A stretch of 64,000 nt of DNA, taken from the IMG/VR virus record IMGVR_UViG_3300037249_000775. The stretch is one strand, 5' to 3'. Made by a program: the position numbers and the translations under genes. Of the stretch, positions 1 to 10,507 are shown piece by piece. Within the stretch, counting starts at the first letter, position 1, and the number at the start of each line of letters is the position of its first letter. The notes under the pieces are model-generated. The model was not told the origin of the DNA, made no database searches, and saw only the letters and a program-made list of their open reading frames with translations. Origin of the DNA: an uncultured virus (IMG/VR IMGVR_UViG_3300037249_000775) (lineage: Duplodnaviria; Heunggongvirae; Uroviricota; Caudoviricetes).

Positions 1-3000
1 ATTTATTACCTAAATCACTAAAATTATTACCTAATTTATCAAAAAATGTAGATACCTTCTCTTTAGCATTATTCATAAATTCAGGTACTATTTCAGTAAA
101 GAATGAAGAATATTTATTACCTAAATCTGATAATTTAGTTTTTGCATTATCTAGAAATTCTGGTAATAATTCATTAAAAAATGATGAATAACTATTTTTT
201 AGTTTATCTAGTTTATCTGTAAACTTTCCCCAGTCTTCTTTTAATTTTTCTATTGTTTTACGACCGCCGCGTATAATATCAGCTAATACATTTAATGGAT
301 TAGCATAATATATAGCTTTATCTTTTATGGTAGTTGCCGCTTTTCCAACACCAGTCGCAAAATTAGAAAATCCTTGTTTCATTCCATTTACTACTGTTTT
401 AGTTCCTGAAACAATATTATTACCAAAATTAGCTATACCACGTCCAATACTTGCACCCATATTTGTATAACCAGATGCTACTTTAAATTTAACAGGACCA
501 GTTACATAACCATTATTAAACATTTCCTGTAATTCATCAGGACTTACAGAATCACCGAGTGCATAACCTAATTGATTATAATGTTTACCATCAGTCGTAT
601 AATACGTTCCATCCGAAGCCTGGAAAGCATCTTCTTCATGCCCAGCAAAGAAATGACCTACTCCTCTACCAACTTTAACATTAAAGTTTCCTATAGCTCG
701 TAATGGTTTAGTATTAGCTACTTTACCAAATATACCTAACTTTGTTGAAGTATCTGTTGTTGTATTTTCTAAACTCTCAACCAATGAACCACTTACTGTA
801 CCAATTTCTTTACCATTACTATCTTTAGCAGTATAAGTACCATCTTTATTTTTAACATATGTATTACCGTTTTGATCAGTAACCGTTATTGTTTCTTGAT
901 TCATAAATGGTGATACTATTGCGTGACCAGCTTTACTAAGACCACCCATCATTCTACTACCAATAGTTTTATGTTGTTCATCATTATAATCAGCAAACGA
1001 TTTATAATCAGAACCTTCTTTTGTATAAGTAGCTTTATATTCATCAAGAGTCATATTAGAATCAACTAAACCAAGTTGTTTAGCTGTATCTAAACTGGCT
1101 TGTGATTCTTCATTAATATAGGATTCATATTTATCTTTAAACTCTCCCTGAGAAATATCTAATGCTTCAGCTTTATCTTTATTACCAGTAAGTGCCATAA
1201 TTGCTTTATATACAATACTAGCAATCGAAGTGTAAAAGTCTATCCCCATTACAGAAACAACTAATTCATTTACCACATCACATATAGAACCAACCATAGT
1301 ACCATTAAAGAATCCTAATGCACCAGAAATTGTAGTCATCGCCCAGTCAGTATCTTCTTTATCAACTTGGAACAATCTAGCTGTACCACTAATACCATTA
1401 ATAGCTGTTAATGTACAGAATACTGCATCTTTAGCCAATAAACCTACACCAGTTGCAGCAAGTCCAGCTTCAGCACCAAATATAGCAGAAACTTTTGCAG
1501 AAATTTTTGAAAAATGTTTAGAAAGACATTGTGTAACTTTTGAAACTATTTTCCCTAGTCCTGTTTCACCGAGCTTCTTGCCTATTTTTTTCTCAATAAG
1601 TTTAACAACATCGTCAGCAAAATTACCAACAATTTTAACTACCTTATCTTTTAATGCTCCACCAGCTTTTTCGATTGTTTCACCAACTACAGTCTTTCTT
1701 GCTTTTTTAACAGCAGCTTCTCCAACATCATCGCTAGCATCTTTAAATGTGACACCTGCAATATCAACAAAGGTCTCCGCTGCATCATCACCTAAATTAG
1801 CACTAGCTTTTCCAACTTGTTTAAGAATATCATCACTACTAGTAGCAAGAAGACTTTTTCCAGCATCATCAACAACATTAACTGGAACGGCATCTAATAC
1901 TTCAACTCCAACATCATCTGCAACACTAGCTGTACCACCGTGAAGAAGTTTACTGATATTTTTTCTAAATTTTTGGTTTCCTTTCTTTATTAAAGCATTG
2001 GAACCATTTTTAGAAATCTCTTTACGACCTTTTTTTGATAGCACTTGTTTTGCTGTTTTTGCAGTACCTTTAACCCATCCTTTTTTAGCAACATTTTTAC
2101 CAAGTGTGGACTTTAATCCAGGAAGTATAGTAGCACCTTTAACACCAACCTTTGTGCCTAATTTAAGTCGTGATCCGCTTTCATTATCCCATTTACCTTG
2201 TTCATCTAAGACACCCCATTGCATTCTACCACTTTTAGTTTTATAACCGATAGCAGAAGCAATAGGATTTACTGTATCTTTTTCTGATGAATAGGATCCA
2301 ATTCCAAGTAAATTATTAGCCCAATCGGGAAGTAATGTAGATATAGTATTTCCAATAGTTTCACCGATTTTACTAAGTCCCTCTAAAAGAAGAGGTTCTA
2401 CATGTTCTTTGAAGAATGGTCCAACTTTTTCACTAAGAAATGAACCTATATTTTTAAGTCCACCACTAATGAAGTTCCATAAACCACCTTCTTTAATTTT
2501 TTTAATAGCTTTTATTATAAATGGAGCTGCTAGAATTAACGAACCTGTGATTAAACCTTTTTTACTAAATATTGAAGACCAAAGTTTAGTAAATCCTTTT
2601 TGTTCAGTAACTTGTGTTTCTGTTGATTCTCTGATAGCATTAAGAACAGAAGCTTCTTTTTCCTCTTTCATTTGCTGTTGTCTTTCCTCAGCAGTTACAC
2701 CTTTATCAATAGCTTCAGCCATTCTAGTTTTTCTATCTTCATCTATTGATGCTTGTGTTTCTTCACGTCTTTCGTTAATAGCTTCTAATTCTTTAAGTTC
2801 TTTATTATTTTCATCGTTATCTTCGTCAATTATTGTGTTTTCATTTTCTTCTAAATCATCCTGTGCTGAAAACTTTCTACCAAGTTTTCCTATACTACCA
2901 GTAATTTTTGAAAACAAACCTTTTTTCTCTTTTGAGTCTCCATCATTCTCTTCTTTTTTTCCAAAAAGAAGACCACTGAGAAAACTTCCAGCGTTTTTAC

Positions 3001-6000
3001 CTTTTTTAGCAACACTGTTTAAATTATCTTTACCTCTATTAAATAAATATTTACCAAGACCAAGAGTAGCAGTTGTTGTACCCTTTGCCACATTACCAAT
3101 ACCTCTGGCAACACCAGTGACTGTATCAATACCATGCTTTAATGCAGAACGATTCCAAGCTCTTGACATAGAACCCTTAATTGCATTTTTGGTATATGCT
3201 CGTAAACCACCAGCTTCTCTTATTCTATCGGCAACACCGTTAATATCTTCTTGAAATTTCTCAGACCGAGTTTTTTCTTTTGCTGGTTCTCCACCTTCTT
3301 CAGATGTTTCAGAGATCTCTGTATTATCTTGTGTAGATTCGGGTAATTGTGCACGATTTTCTTTTATATTTTTTTCAATATCTTTTTCATCATCTGTTCC
3401 GGGTTTACCTTTTAATATAGCAAGAATTCTAAGAAGAATTTGTACTTGCTGAGATTGTGTATCTAGTTTTTTTATATCAGCATCAATTATATGATCTTCA
3501 TCCATTCCCATTGTACCTGTTGCGTTCGCAACGGTCGACATATATGCTTGTGTCTTTGGATGAGTACTAGGATATACTTTTTCACCACCACGGAACTCAA
3601 CTAATTCAGCAGTACCACCCTCACCAACAAGAGCTAAACCTGGTTCAGCGTTATCAGTACCTTTTGCAAAACCACGACCACCATTATTTTGATTCTGATT
3701 ATTGCTTTGATTATTGAATAATCTACCGTACCAACCAATATTATTACGTAAATCATCTTCAACATTTTTAGAAAATCTATGTATTTTGGTATCTTTATAT
3801 TTATTACCCCAAAATTTAAACAATCCACCAGCAGCAGCAATTTCTGCTTGTCTATGTTCAATTTCTTTTCTAAAATCTGATTTTGATTCAGCATTTGTAT
3901 TATTTTGAGAATCGTCTGTTGATTGCTGATTGTTATTTTGATCTGTTGTATCTTGTTGTTGATTATTCTGAGTATTATTTTCAGATTGATTAGAATTATC
4001 ACCTGATTGCTGATTGTTATTTTGATCATCTGGATTTTGATTCTCATCATTATGTGTATAACCTTGAGAATCTCCTTTTCCTTTCAGAACATTTAAAATT
4101 CGAGAAAGAAGTGATACTTGTTGAGATTCAGGATCTAATTGACTTAAATTTGCATTTAATATAGCGTTTTCATTTAAACCTGCAGTACTTCTTGCATCCC
4201 GTTCTTGTTTTTCTCGTTTCCATTTCACATCAAGAGCTTCTATTCTATCAAATTTATAATCTTTATACTTATCATTCATTCGTGCTCTCTGACGATTCTC
4301 TTCAGTATCCTCTGTGTACATACCGCCAGTAGCTTTACGAATAATTTCACTGTTTTTAGTACGTATTTGTCTTTCACGACGTCTTTGTGCTAAATTTTGT
4401 TCCTCAACTTTTCTATTTTCTTTAGCAGCTTTTTTCTGCTCATAATAAGTTGGGTCTTTTTTACCTGTATGATCTTTAAATTTTTTGGGGTCTTTACCAA
4501 CATTATACCACTTATCACCAATATAACTAATAGCACCCGCTATATTAGTAGCAACATTTCTAATACCACCAAATATTTTATTAAAGAAACCTTGTACTTT
4601 TTTCTTAATAGGATCAATGATATAATCATCTACCGTTTTTTTAACGGGTGTTATAATATTATCTACGACAGCAGTTTTAAATGCCGCTATTGCATCAGTA
4701 ACTCTATTTTTTAAGAATGTACCAATACCTCCAATTAATCTAAAGGGTGCAGTAACTGCAAATTTAACACTCTTATATACAATATTGGTCACACCACTAA
4801 CCAGTTTACGTACAGGTTTAACTACAAAATTATCTACTACATCAACTATTGGTGCAAAGAATTCTTTAATATTAGTAGCCATTGTACTAAACATGTCAGA
4901 TACTTTATCACCAATGCTTTTAGCAAGACCTAATGTTTTATCCAATATAGGTTGAATACCAAAACGTATGTTGTCAAGGATATCATAGTGAATTGTAATA
5001 GCGGCATCTTCTAAATAATTAGTAATACTATCTTTCATCGGCATAAATATCGATGTTTTAATCATATTACCAAATTGAGTTATAAGACCAGCACTCTTCA
5101 TTTCACCATTTTCGTCTTTTTCACCAAATAACCACTTGTGGAAGTTTTCTTTCTGTGCAAGCATGGATACACCAAGACCAAGTAATGCACCACCAATAGG
5201 ACCAGCTGGACCCAATGCTAAACCAAATACACCAAGTTTTCCGAGTGCTGCAGCGGTAACTGCACCTGCTCCTGCACCTAAAGCTCCCATTCCAAGTACT
5301 TTTTTATTTAAATTTTTCTGACCATCTGATGCTTTACTATATTTACCAAATATATTTTTTACACTTTGAATAATTCCTACTTGTCCACGTGCTTCATCAC
5401 CGAACAAGAATTCATTAAACATATGAGATTTTTTAAGTACTGAAGTACCAACACCTAAAAGAGCACCTGCTACTGGACCACCAACTATAGTACCTAATAA
5501 TCCTGCACCAGTAATAGCACCTGCCGCAGCTCCAATAGCACCAGAACCTATAAGTTCTTTTTTATTGTCTTTTACATATTCTTGTACTTTTTTAGAAATA
5601 AGACCTTCATGTAAAGTATTACCTTCATCATCAGTTTCACCAAATACAAATTTTTGGAATTTTTCTGACTTAGATGCAAAACCTACAGCACTACCAAGAA
5701 TAGCACCACCAACAGGTCCACCAATTAATGAACCTAATAATCCTGCACCAGCAAAAGATCCTCCAACAGCACCAACCATCGACGATGGTAATCTCTCATT
5801 TATATTTTTAACTGCGGATGCTGTTAAATCTTTTCTTTCATCTTCAGTAAGAGTTTTTCCAAATATAGCTTCTTGCCATCCAGCAATTCCTTCATTTAAA
5901 GTACTTTTTATAGTAGGAATTATACCTGTATTTTCATCAGTTAATGCTGAAAATTTACTTTTAATAGAATCCTTTATTGTACTACCTATTGATTTGAACG

Positions 6001-8305
6001 TACCAACAACGGTTTCACTCTCATTCTTTGCTTCATGTCTAACACCACTCGAATCGGTGTATTCTTGACCAGTTATATGCCATTTTAAAGTTTTAGTTGC
6101 ATCACTAAATGAATTTAAAACACCCGCAAATAAACCACCGTTCCGAACACCATTCTCATCAACAGTACCAAAAAAAGAATTCCTAATTTTCTCACCAATA
6201 GGATTAAGAACTTTTCTTTTTACATAATTAAAAGCAGTATCAACTTGATTTTTAACTGTCGTTTTAATGTTTTCAAATGCTTGGGGTAATGAACCTGCAG
6301 CTAAACCAGAAACGATTCCTGATGCTGTGGAAGCAATTGAATTAGATATGTTTGTAAATACACTCGTATTTTGTCTATTATTGGTATTATTATTTGAATT
6401 GCTAGTACTATTTGATGATGTTGATATATTGGCACGACCATCATTTTGTCTATTATTGGTATTATTATTTGAATTGCTAGTACTATTTGATGATGTTGAT
6501 ATATTGGCACGACCATCACCAGTAACATTGCCATTCTTAACACCCATAAATTCATCTATAGAATTTATATTACCCATTCTATAAAGATGTTTTTCATATG
6601 GATTATCTTCATAATATTTGATACGTTCATTTCTTACCCTGCTTAATTCATATACCATTGAATGATATGTATCTTTTATAGCTTTCATTTCAGGATCAGA
6701 AATAAGATCCTGTATCATCTGTTTATATTCATTACGAATTTCATCAGTAGCTTGGGTTACCTGATCAACTAGATTATTATGAGCTTGTGAACCTAAATCA
6801 ATATATTTACCACTATTACGTTCATCTAACAATGTAAGAAATTCAAGAAATTTTTCTTTTTCCTTTTTCGTCTCATCAGTATCATCAGACTTAACAAATC
6901 TTTTTTTTATTTGTTTTCCAAGATCACTACTATTGAAAACAAAATTTAGATTACCCTGAATATCTTTCCTAAGTTCATCCTGAAGATTTTGTACGGTTGT
7001 ATAATTACCTGTTGAGAAATCAAAAACTTCTGCTTGATTTCTGACTTTATCAACATCTTTAACACGAATTTTTTGTGCTATTGCTTTTAAATATGCCGTC
7101 TGTTCACTAAGCTCTTTTGTAATAATTTCATTAATAGTATGACGAGTAATACCGTCAAAAGGAACAGCACCTTTTTCAATTTTAGCACTTTTATTTATAG
7201 TATTTTCTCTCTTTATAGATATACCAAATGTTTGACCAATGAATTTTTTTATACCAGTCTCAGTTGTACCCCAGTCTGCTAATTGATGTAACATTTTTGG
7301 TACAACCGCATTAAATGTTGCTTCAGCACCTTCAATAGTTTTTTTTAATGTTTTAGGTACCATCCATTTCATTAAGCCCTCGGTTAAAAGACCCATAGGA
7401 TTTGAAATAGCCATTTCAATCATATCATCAGTTAACATTGATGCTATCTCACCTATTTCAGTCTTTTTAAGAGCTTCTTTGAAGTTACTTTTTACGTAAT
7501 CTTTATATACTGAAAAATTAATATTTCCATGATTTCCTCTAAGCACATCATCGATAGTAACTTTTGAAGAATCATTATAATTACTATTTTCTTCTTCACT
7601 TTTACTACCCATTTTTTCATAAAACGCAATACTTGAAGTTATGAATTTAGACATAGTGGAATTATTATATTCTACTATGGAAGCTAAATTTTGATTAATG
7701 GCATTCAAACCCGAAATAATTTCTGTAGACATTTTTTGGGTCTGCATCATGGTGTTAGCGTTAAGTGCTATCATAGCATCTAAATTAGCCTGATTACTTT
7801 TTACAGATATTTCAGTTTGTGTTCTCAGTTGTTCTGATAATGCAAACATACCTGCACCAACATTATTATCTGATACATTTATATCAACATCTACATTATT
7901 ATCTGCACCATCATCACCAAATGATATATCATCGTTAAATACGTCATCAATATCATCTAAACCAAACATCTTGTTCATAGCTCGGTCAGCAGCATCTGGA
8001 TCATTTAAATTTCCAGTTGTAATTTGTTTCCAGCTAGTTTTAAACAATTGATCAGCATATTTAATATATTTATTATTTTTGATATTTCTATGAATTGTAT
8101 TCGCAGATACTTTTCCTTGTCTTAAATCTTTTACAATATCACGACTAGTTTTAGTTGCACTAGTTGTTACTTCATATAAATTAGGAGCAAAAGATTTTAA
8201 TGTATTTAATCCAGTTACACCTAAACTTTTACTAGCATTTTTTAACCATGACGCTTGTACTTTTGTATCATGTGATGATAATTGTGTACGTTGTTCTTTA
8301 GCCAT
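1..8305 (-). CDS. Giant tape-measure-like virion protein (>2768 aa, runs off left edge)
   Basis: ATG at 8305 after AAAGGAAG RBS and late promoter. Same frame spot-checked as open at ~3600 and at the left edge (not checked codon by codon). Contains RGFAKGTDNAEPGLALVGEGGTAELVEFRGGEKVYP (tape-measure C-terminal-type motif) and Gly/Ala-rich hydrophobic stretches. Absent from the ORF track, presumably because it is truncated. Confidence 0.75.
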   Translation of the reverse strand, partial: MAKEQRTQLSSHDTKVQASWLKNASKSLGVTGLNTLKSFAPNLYEVTTSATKTSRDIVKDLRQGKVSANTIHRNIKNNKYIKYADQLFKTSWKQITTGNLNDPDAADRAMNKMFGLDDIDDVFNDDISFGDDGADNNVDVDINVSDNNVGAGMFALSEQLRTQTEISVKSNQANLDAMIALNANTMMQTQKMSTEIISGLNAINQNLASIVEYNNSTMSKFITSSIAFYEKMGSKSEEENSNYNDSSKVTIDDVLRGNHGNINFSVYKDYVKSNFKEALKKTEIGEIASMLTDDMIEMAISNPMGLLTEGLMKWMVPKTLKKTIEGAEATFNAVVPKMLHQLADWGTTETGIKKFIGQTFGISIKRENTINKSAKIEKGAVPFDGITRHTINEIITKELSEQTAYLKAIAQKIRVKDVDKVRNQAEVFDFSTGNYTTVQNLQDELRKDIQGNLNFVFNSSDLGKQIKKRFVKSDDTDETKKEKEKFLEFLTLLDERNSGKYIDLGSQAHNNLVDQVTQATDEIRNEYKQMIQDLISDPEMKAIKDTYHSMVYELSRVRNERIKYYEDNPYEKHLYRMGNINSIDEFMGVKNGNVTGDGRANISTSSNSTSNSNNNTNNRQNDGRANISTSSNSTSNSNNNTNNRQNTSVFTNISNSIASTASGIVSGLAAGSLPQAFENIKTTVKNQVDTAFNYVKRKVLNPIGEKIRNSFFGTVDENGVRNGGLFAGVLNSFSDATKTLKWHITGQEYTDSSGVRHEAKNESETVVGTFKSIGSTIKDSIKSKFSALTDENTGIIPTIKSTLNEGIAGWQEAIFGKTLTEDERKDLTASAVKNINERLPSSMVGAVGGSFAGAGLLGSLIGGPVGGAILGSAVGFASKSEKFQKFVFGETDDEGNTLHEGLISKKVQEYVKDNKKELIGSGAIGAAAGAITGAGLLGTIVGGPVAGALLGVGTSVLKKSHMFNEFLFGDEARGQVGIIQSVKNIFGKYSKASDGQKNLNKKVLGMGALGAGAGAVTAAALGKLGVFGLALGPAGPIGGALLGLGVSMLAQKENFHKWLFGEKDENGEMKSAGLITQFGNMIKTSIFMPMKDSITNYLEDAAITIHYDILDNIRFGIQPILDKTLGLAKSIGDKVSDMFSTMATNIKEFFAPIVDVVDNFVVKPVRKLVSGVTNIVYKSVKFAVTAPFRLIGGIGTFLKNRVTDAIAAFKTAVVDNIITPVKKTVDDYIIDPIKKKVQGFFNKIFGGIRNVATNIAGAISYIGDKWYNVGKDPKKFKDHTGKKDPTYYEQKKAAKENRKVEEQNLAQRRRERQIRTKNSEIIRKATGGMYTEDTEENRQRARMNDKYKDYKFDRIEALDVKWKREKQERDARSTAGLNENAILNANLSQLDPESQQVSLLSRILNVLKGKGDSQGYTHNDENQNPDDQNNNQQSGDNSNQSENNTQNNQQQDTTDQNNNQQSTDDSQNNTNAESKSDFRKEIEHRQAEIAAAGGLFKFWGNKYKDTKIHRFSKNVEDDLRNNIGWYGRLFNNQSNNQNQNNGGRGFAKGTDNAEPGLALVGEGGTAELVEFRGGEKVYPSTHPKTQAYMSTVANATGTMGMDEDHIIDADIKKLDTQSQQVQILLRILAILKGKPGTDDEKDIEKNIKENRAQLPESTQDNTEISETSEEGGEPAKEKTRSEKFQEDINGVADRIREAGGLRAYTKNAIKGSMSRAWNRSALKHGIDTVTGVARGIGNVAKGTTTATLGLGKYLFNRGKDNLNSVAKKGKNAGSFLSGLLFGKKEENDGDSKEKKGLFSKITGSIGKLGRKFSAQDDLEENENTIIDEDNDENNKELKELEAINERREETQASIDEDRKTRMAEAIDKGVTAEERQQQMKEEKEASVLNAIRESTETQVTEQKGFTKLWSSIFSKKGLITGSLILAAPFIIKAIKKIKEGGLWNFISGGLKNIGSFLSEKVGPFFKEHVEPLLLEGLSKIGETIGNTISTLLPDWANNLLGIGSYSSEKDTVNPIASAIGYKTKSGRMQWGVLDEQGKWDNESGSRLKLGTKVGVKGATILPGLKSTLGKNVAKKGWVKGTAKTAKQVLSKKGRKEISKNGSNALIKKGNQKFRKNISKLLHGGTASVADDVGVEVLDAVPVNVVDDAGKSLLATSSDDILKQVGKASANLGDDAAETFVDIAGVTFKDASDDVGEAAVKKARKTVVGETIEKAGGALKDKVVKIVGNFADDVVKLIEKKIGKKLGETGLGKIVSKVTQCLSKHFSKISAKVSAIFGAEAGLAATGVGLLAKDAVFCTLTAINGISGTARLFQVDKEDTDWAMTTISGALGFFNGTMVGSICDVVNELVVSVMGIDFYTSIASIVYKAIMALTGNKDKAEALDISQGEFKDKYESYINEESQASLDTAKQLGLVDSNMTLDEYKATYTKEGSDYKSFADYNDEQHKTIGSRMMGGLSKAGHAIVSPFMNQETITVTDQNGNTYVKNKDGTYTAKDSNGKEIGTVSGSLVESLENTTTDTSTKLGIFGKVANTKPLRAIGNFNVKVGRGVGHFFAGHEEDAFQASDGTYYTTDGKHYNQLGYALGDSVSPDELQEMFNNGYVTGPVKFKVASGYTNMGASIGRGIANFGNNIVSGTKTVVNGMKQGFSNFATGVGKAATTIKDKAIYYANPLNVLADIIRGGRKTIEKLKEDWGKFTDKLDKLKNSYSSFFNELLPEFLDNAKTKLSDLGNKYSSFFTEIVPEFMNNAKEKVSTFFDKLGNNFSDLGNK
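6368..6518. repeat. Perfect 75-bp tandem duplication (2 copies) inside the tape-measure-like gene
   Basis: ATTTTGTCTATT...GCACGACCATC starts at 6368 and 6443; encodes DGRANISTSSNSTSNSNNNTNNRQN twice on the minus strand. Confidence 0.95.
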
Positions 8306-8348
8306 TTAATCACTTCCTTTCATATGTTATTAACATATTTTATCATGT

Positions 8349-8360
8349 TATACCATTGTT
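8349..8360 (-). promoter_or_regulatory. Late promoter AACA-N6-TA
   Basis: AACA-atggta-TA upstream of tape-measure-like gene; matches AR9 nvRNAP late consensus. Confidence 0.7.
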
Positions 8361-8391
8361 TTTTACATAGTTTTATCGTTTTAAACAAAAA

Positions 8392-8424
8392 AAATAAGTG
8401 AGTGTAAATTACACTCACTTATTT
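8392..8424 (-). terminator. Intrinsic terminator
   Basis: AAATAAGTGAGTGT-AAATT-ACACTCACTTATTT hairpin with A-run on its left, downstream of 8443..8730. Confidence 0.75.
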
Positions 8425-8442
8425 CTCTAAAGAGGTTGTTGA

Positions 8443-8730
8443 TTACTTTTTCTTATTATGGAAACGCTCATAGAGCTTTCCATAAAAGAAGTAATTGACA
8501 ACGACACTTACAATACTTGAAAGCATAGCAAACGCTCCAAGCAAATAAGCGAATGCCTCAGGCTCGCTGAAAATCTCCACAACAGTTTCTTTAACTGTTG
8601 TAAGAATCGATTCGTCCGAATCTGATTCAACCTCAAATCCAGCTTCTCTAAGCTTCTCCACTGAGTCTTTGAGAATGTGAGCTTCATTGCCGTCAACTTT
8701 TACATTAACTATATTTTTCATACTTGTCAC
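8443..8730 (-). CDS. Small early membrane protein
   Basis: ORF with C-terminal hydrophobic helix; own early promoter, RBS and terminator; start may be ATG 8721. Confidence 0.75.
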   Translation of the reverse strand: MTSMKNIVNVKVDGNEAHILKDSVEKLREAGFEVESDSDESILTTVKETVVEIFSEPEAFAYLLGAFAMLSSIVSVVVNYFFYGKLYERFHNKKK

Positions 8731-8812
8731 CTTTTGACCTTTCCTCCCTTAAGGGAATATAAAAATATTTAATATGTACGTGTATAAATACTATTAGTAT
8801 TTATACACAAAA

Positions 8813-8847
8813 ATAATATATATATATAAATAATATTAAAATACGGA
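8813..8847 (-). promoter_or_regulatory. Early promoter (TCCGTA box + TATATTAT)
   Basis: Minus strand TCCGTATTTT...TATATTATTTTTGTGTA, as at 10444, 21555, 32198, 39113. Confidence 0.75.
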
Positions 8848-8856
8848 TATTTTTTA

Positions 8857-9240
8857 TTATTCCATTAATAAAATTAATTGGTCTAACTCATCATTCAATA
8901 ATTTTAAATTAGATATTTCTTTATCAAGATTCATTATTACGTTCTTTTCATCATAAAATAATTCTTCCAATTTCAAAGACTTTTTAATCGTTAATTTTTT
9001 ATAAATATAGTGATTATAATTATAATATTTATCTGGAAATTTAAATATTCTATTTATCTTATCAGCATAAATTATCATATTATCATAGATTTCGATTAAT
9101 TCATCATTTAAATTATAAGCACCATATTTTCTAATTTTTTCGTCTATCTTACCAATAAGAATTAAATAATTAACAATTTTACTATAGCGTTCAACTAATT
9201 CATAGTTTTCGATCATTGTTTTATTATTATTTTTACTCAT
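8857..9240 (-). CDS. Hypothetical protein
   Basis: 127-aa ORF with GGAGGA RBS. Confidence 0.75.
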   Translation of the reverse strand: MSKNNNKTMIENYELVERYSKIVNYLILIGKIDEKIRKYGAYNLNDELIEIYDNMIIYADKINRIFKFPDKYYNYNHYIYKKLTIKKSLKLEELFYDEKNVIMNLDKEISNLKLLNDELDQLILLME

Positions 9241-9331
9241 TTTTATTCCTCCAATTAAAAATAAAAGTAGAAATGAACAGATAACAATTTATCTGTTCAT
9301 TTCTAAAAGTGATTATATAAAAGTTAAAAAG

Positions 9332-9877
9332 TTATACTTTTTTTCTGTCTTTTAACCATGCTGGACATGTAGATTTAGCCACGAGCTCCTTATGCTTTTT
9401 CTTGGTGGTTTCATAGGTACCAAGCGATGTTCTATCCTTAGGACTAAATGCCTCTGCAACAGTTGTCTTCTCAGGAACATCCTTGATAGAAATTGAACCC
9501 TTGAAATCTTCTCTTGGAAGGAACTCAAAAGTATTACCACTATTCATGTATTCATAAATAGCAGTCTCAATGAATTCATACAATCCAGAAAGATCTGCAT
9601 TTGTAAATTCAAAGGAATCTGATAATGCAATTACGGATTCATTTTTATCTACACCGCCCTTTTCGAGAATCTTCTTACAAAATTCTCTGAAACCTTTTGA
9701 AACAGCAACTTTTTCAATTACATCAATTTCACTGTTTCTTACTTTTGCAACACGAGTTACAAACTCTTGATCATTGGCAAGTGCTGTCATAAGAGCTGTA
9801 AAATTCTTCTTATTAAATCTATTCTTGCCATTCTCATTTGTCATTGTCTGAAGTGTCTCATTAACTGTCATACTCAT
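9332..9877 (-). CDS. Hypothetical protein, possibly HU/IHF-like DNA-binding
   Basis: AAGGAG RBS; biased codons; C-terminal G-x-I-x-I-K...F-S-P-K-D-R...K-K-H-K...W-L-K is reminiscent of an HU arm (weak). Confidence 0.7.
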   Translation of the reverse strand: MSMTVNETLQTMTNENGKNRFNKKNFTALMTALANDQEFVTRVAKVRNSEIDVIEKVAVSKGFREFCKKILEKGGVDKNESVIALSDSFEFTNADLSGLYEFIETAIYEYMNSGNTFEFLPREDFKGSISIKDVPEKTTVAEAFSPKDRTSLGTYETTKKKHKELVAKSTCPAWLKDRKKV

Positions 9878-10020
9878 TTTTCTGTCTCCTTTTTATTTTT
9901 CTCTTGTTTTTTAAATTTTAAAGCTTCTTTAATGGCATCATCAATAAAGAATGAATTATAATCATAATTATCTTTCATCCATTTATGAAGCTTTGTTTTT
10001 CGGGTTTTCGGTTTAATAAT
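9874..10020 (-). CDS. Putative 48-aa basic protein with ATT start
   Basis: GAAAGGGG RBS 5 nt before ATT; IIKPKTRKTKLHKWMKDNYDYNSFFIDDAIKEALKFKKQEKNKKETEK; TGA overlaps the ATG of the next gene (ATGA). Confidence 0.5.
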   Translation of the reverse strand: MIKPKTRKTKLHKWMKDNYDYNSFFIDDAIKEALKFKKQEKNKKETEK

Positions 10021-10160
10021 CCCAACCCCTTTCTTAAGTTAAAGTATTAGCCATTATAAATTATTATGAATAATAATTTATTCTATATTATGATATATAA
10101 ATAAAAAAATATAAAAAAAAATAAACTGTAAAAACCACCAGAGTTCTTACAGTTTATTTT

Positions 10161-10391
10161 TTATTCTTCGTTTTTCTTAGTAAAGAAGCCAAGATTCTTT
10201 ACCATAAATGCTGTAGTTACAGTAGCACTTGTTAAAGCTGCTGCTGTTGCCGCAACAATAACTTTCTTTGAATCAGTCGCTTTTGCGACTAAATTTACAA
10301 CTACAGATGCTGTAATAAGATTTGTTGCTGCCAATGAAGCTGTAGCGGCTACTTCTGCTGTTGTCTCACTAAATCTGTAATTCTTTTTCAT
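10161..10391 (-). CDS. Small early Ala/Thr-rich membrane protein
   Basis: Two hydrophobic segments; early promoter, RBS AGAAAGAGG, terminator at ~10121-10162. Confidence 0.75.
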   Translation of the reverse strand: MKKNYRFSETTAEVAATASLAATNLITASVVVNLVAKATDSKKVIVAATAAALTSATVTTAFMVKNLGFFTKKNEE

Positions 10392-10443
10392 AATGTTACC
10401 TCTTTCTACCTATGTATATAGGATTTATTATTAATACGCAAAA

Positions 10444-10476
10444 ATAATATATCAATTTATTATTTAAAAATACGGA
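10444..10476 (-). promoter_or_regulatory. Early promoter (TCCGTA box + TATATTAT)
   Basis: Minus strand TCCGTATTTTT...GATATATTATTTTTGCGTA; TCCGTA box lies in the arm of the RNAP-gene terminator hairpin (10469-10505). Confidence 0.75.
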
Positions 10477-10507
10477 TAAAGGATATAATATCCTTTATCC
10501 GTATTAA

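Noticed and set aside
1578..6584. Plus-strand and alternative-frame ORFs listed in the track over the first 6.6 kb
   Set aside because: Shadows of the single giant minus-strand ORF; no RBS and Ser/Phe/Leu-rich antisense composition
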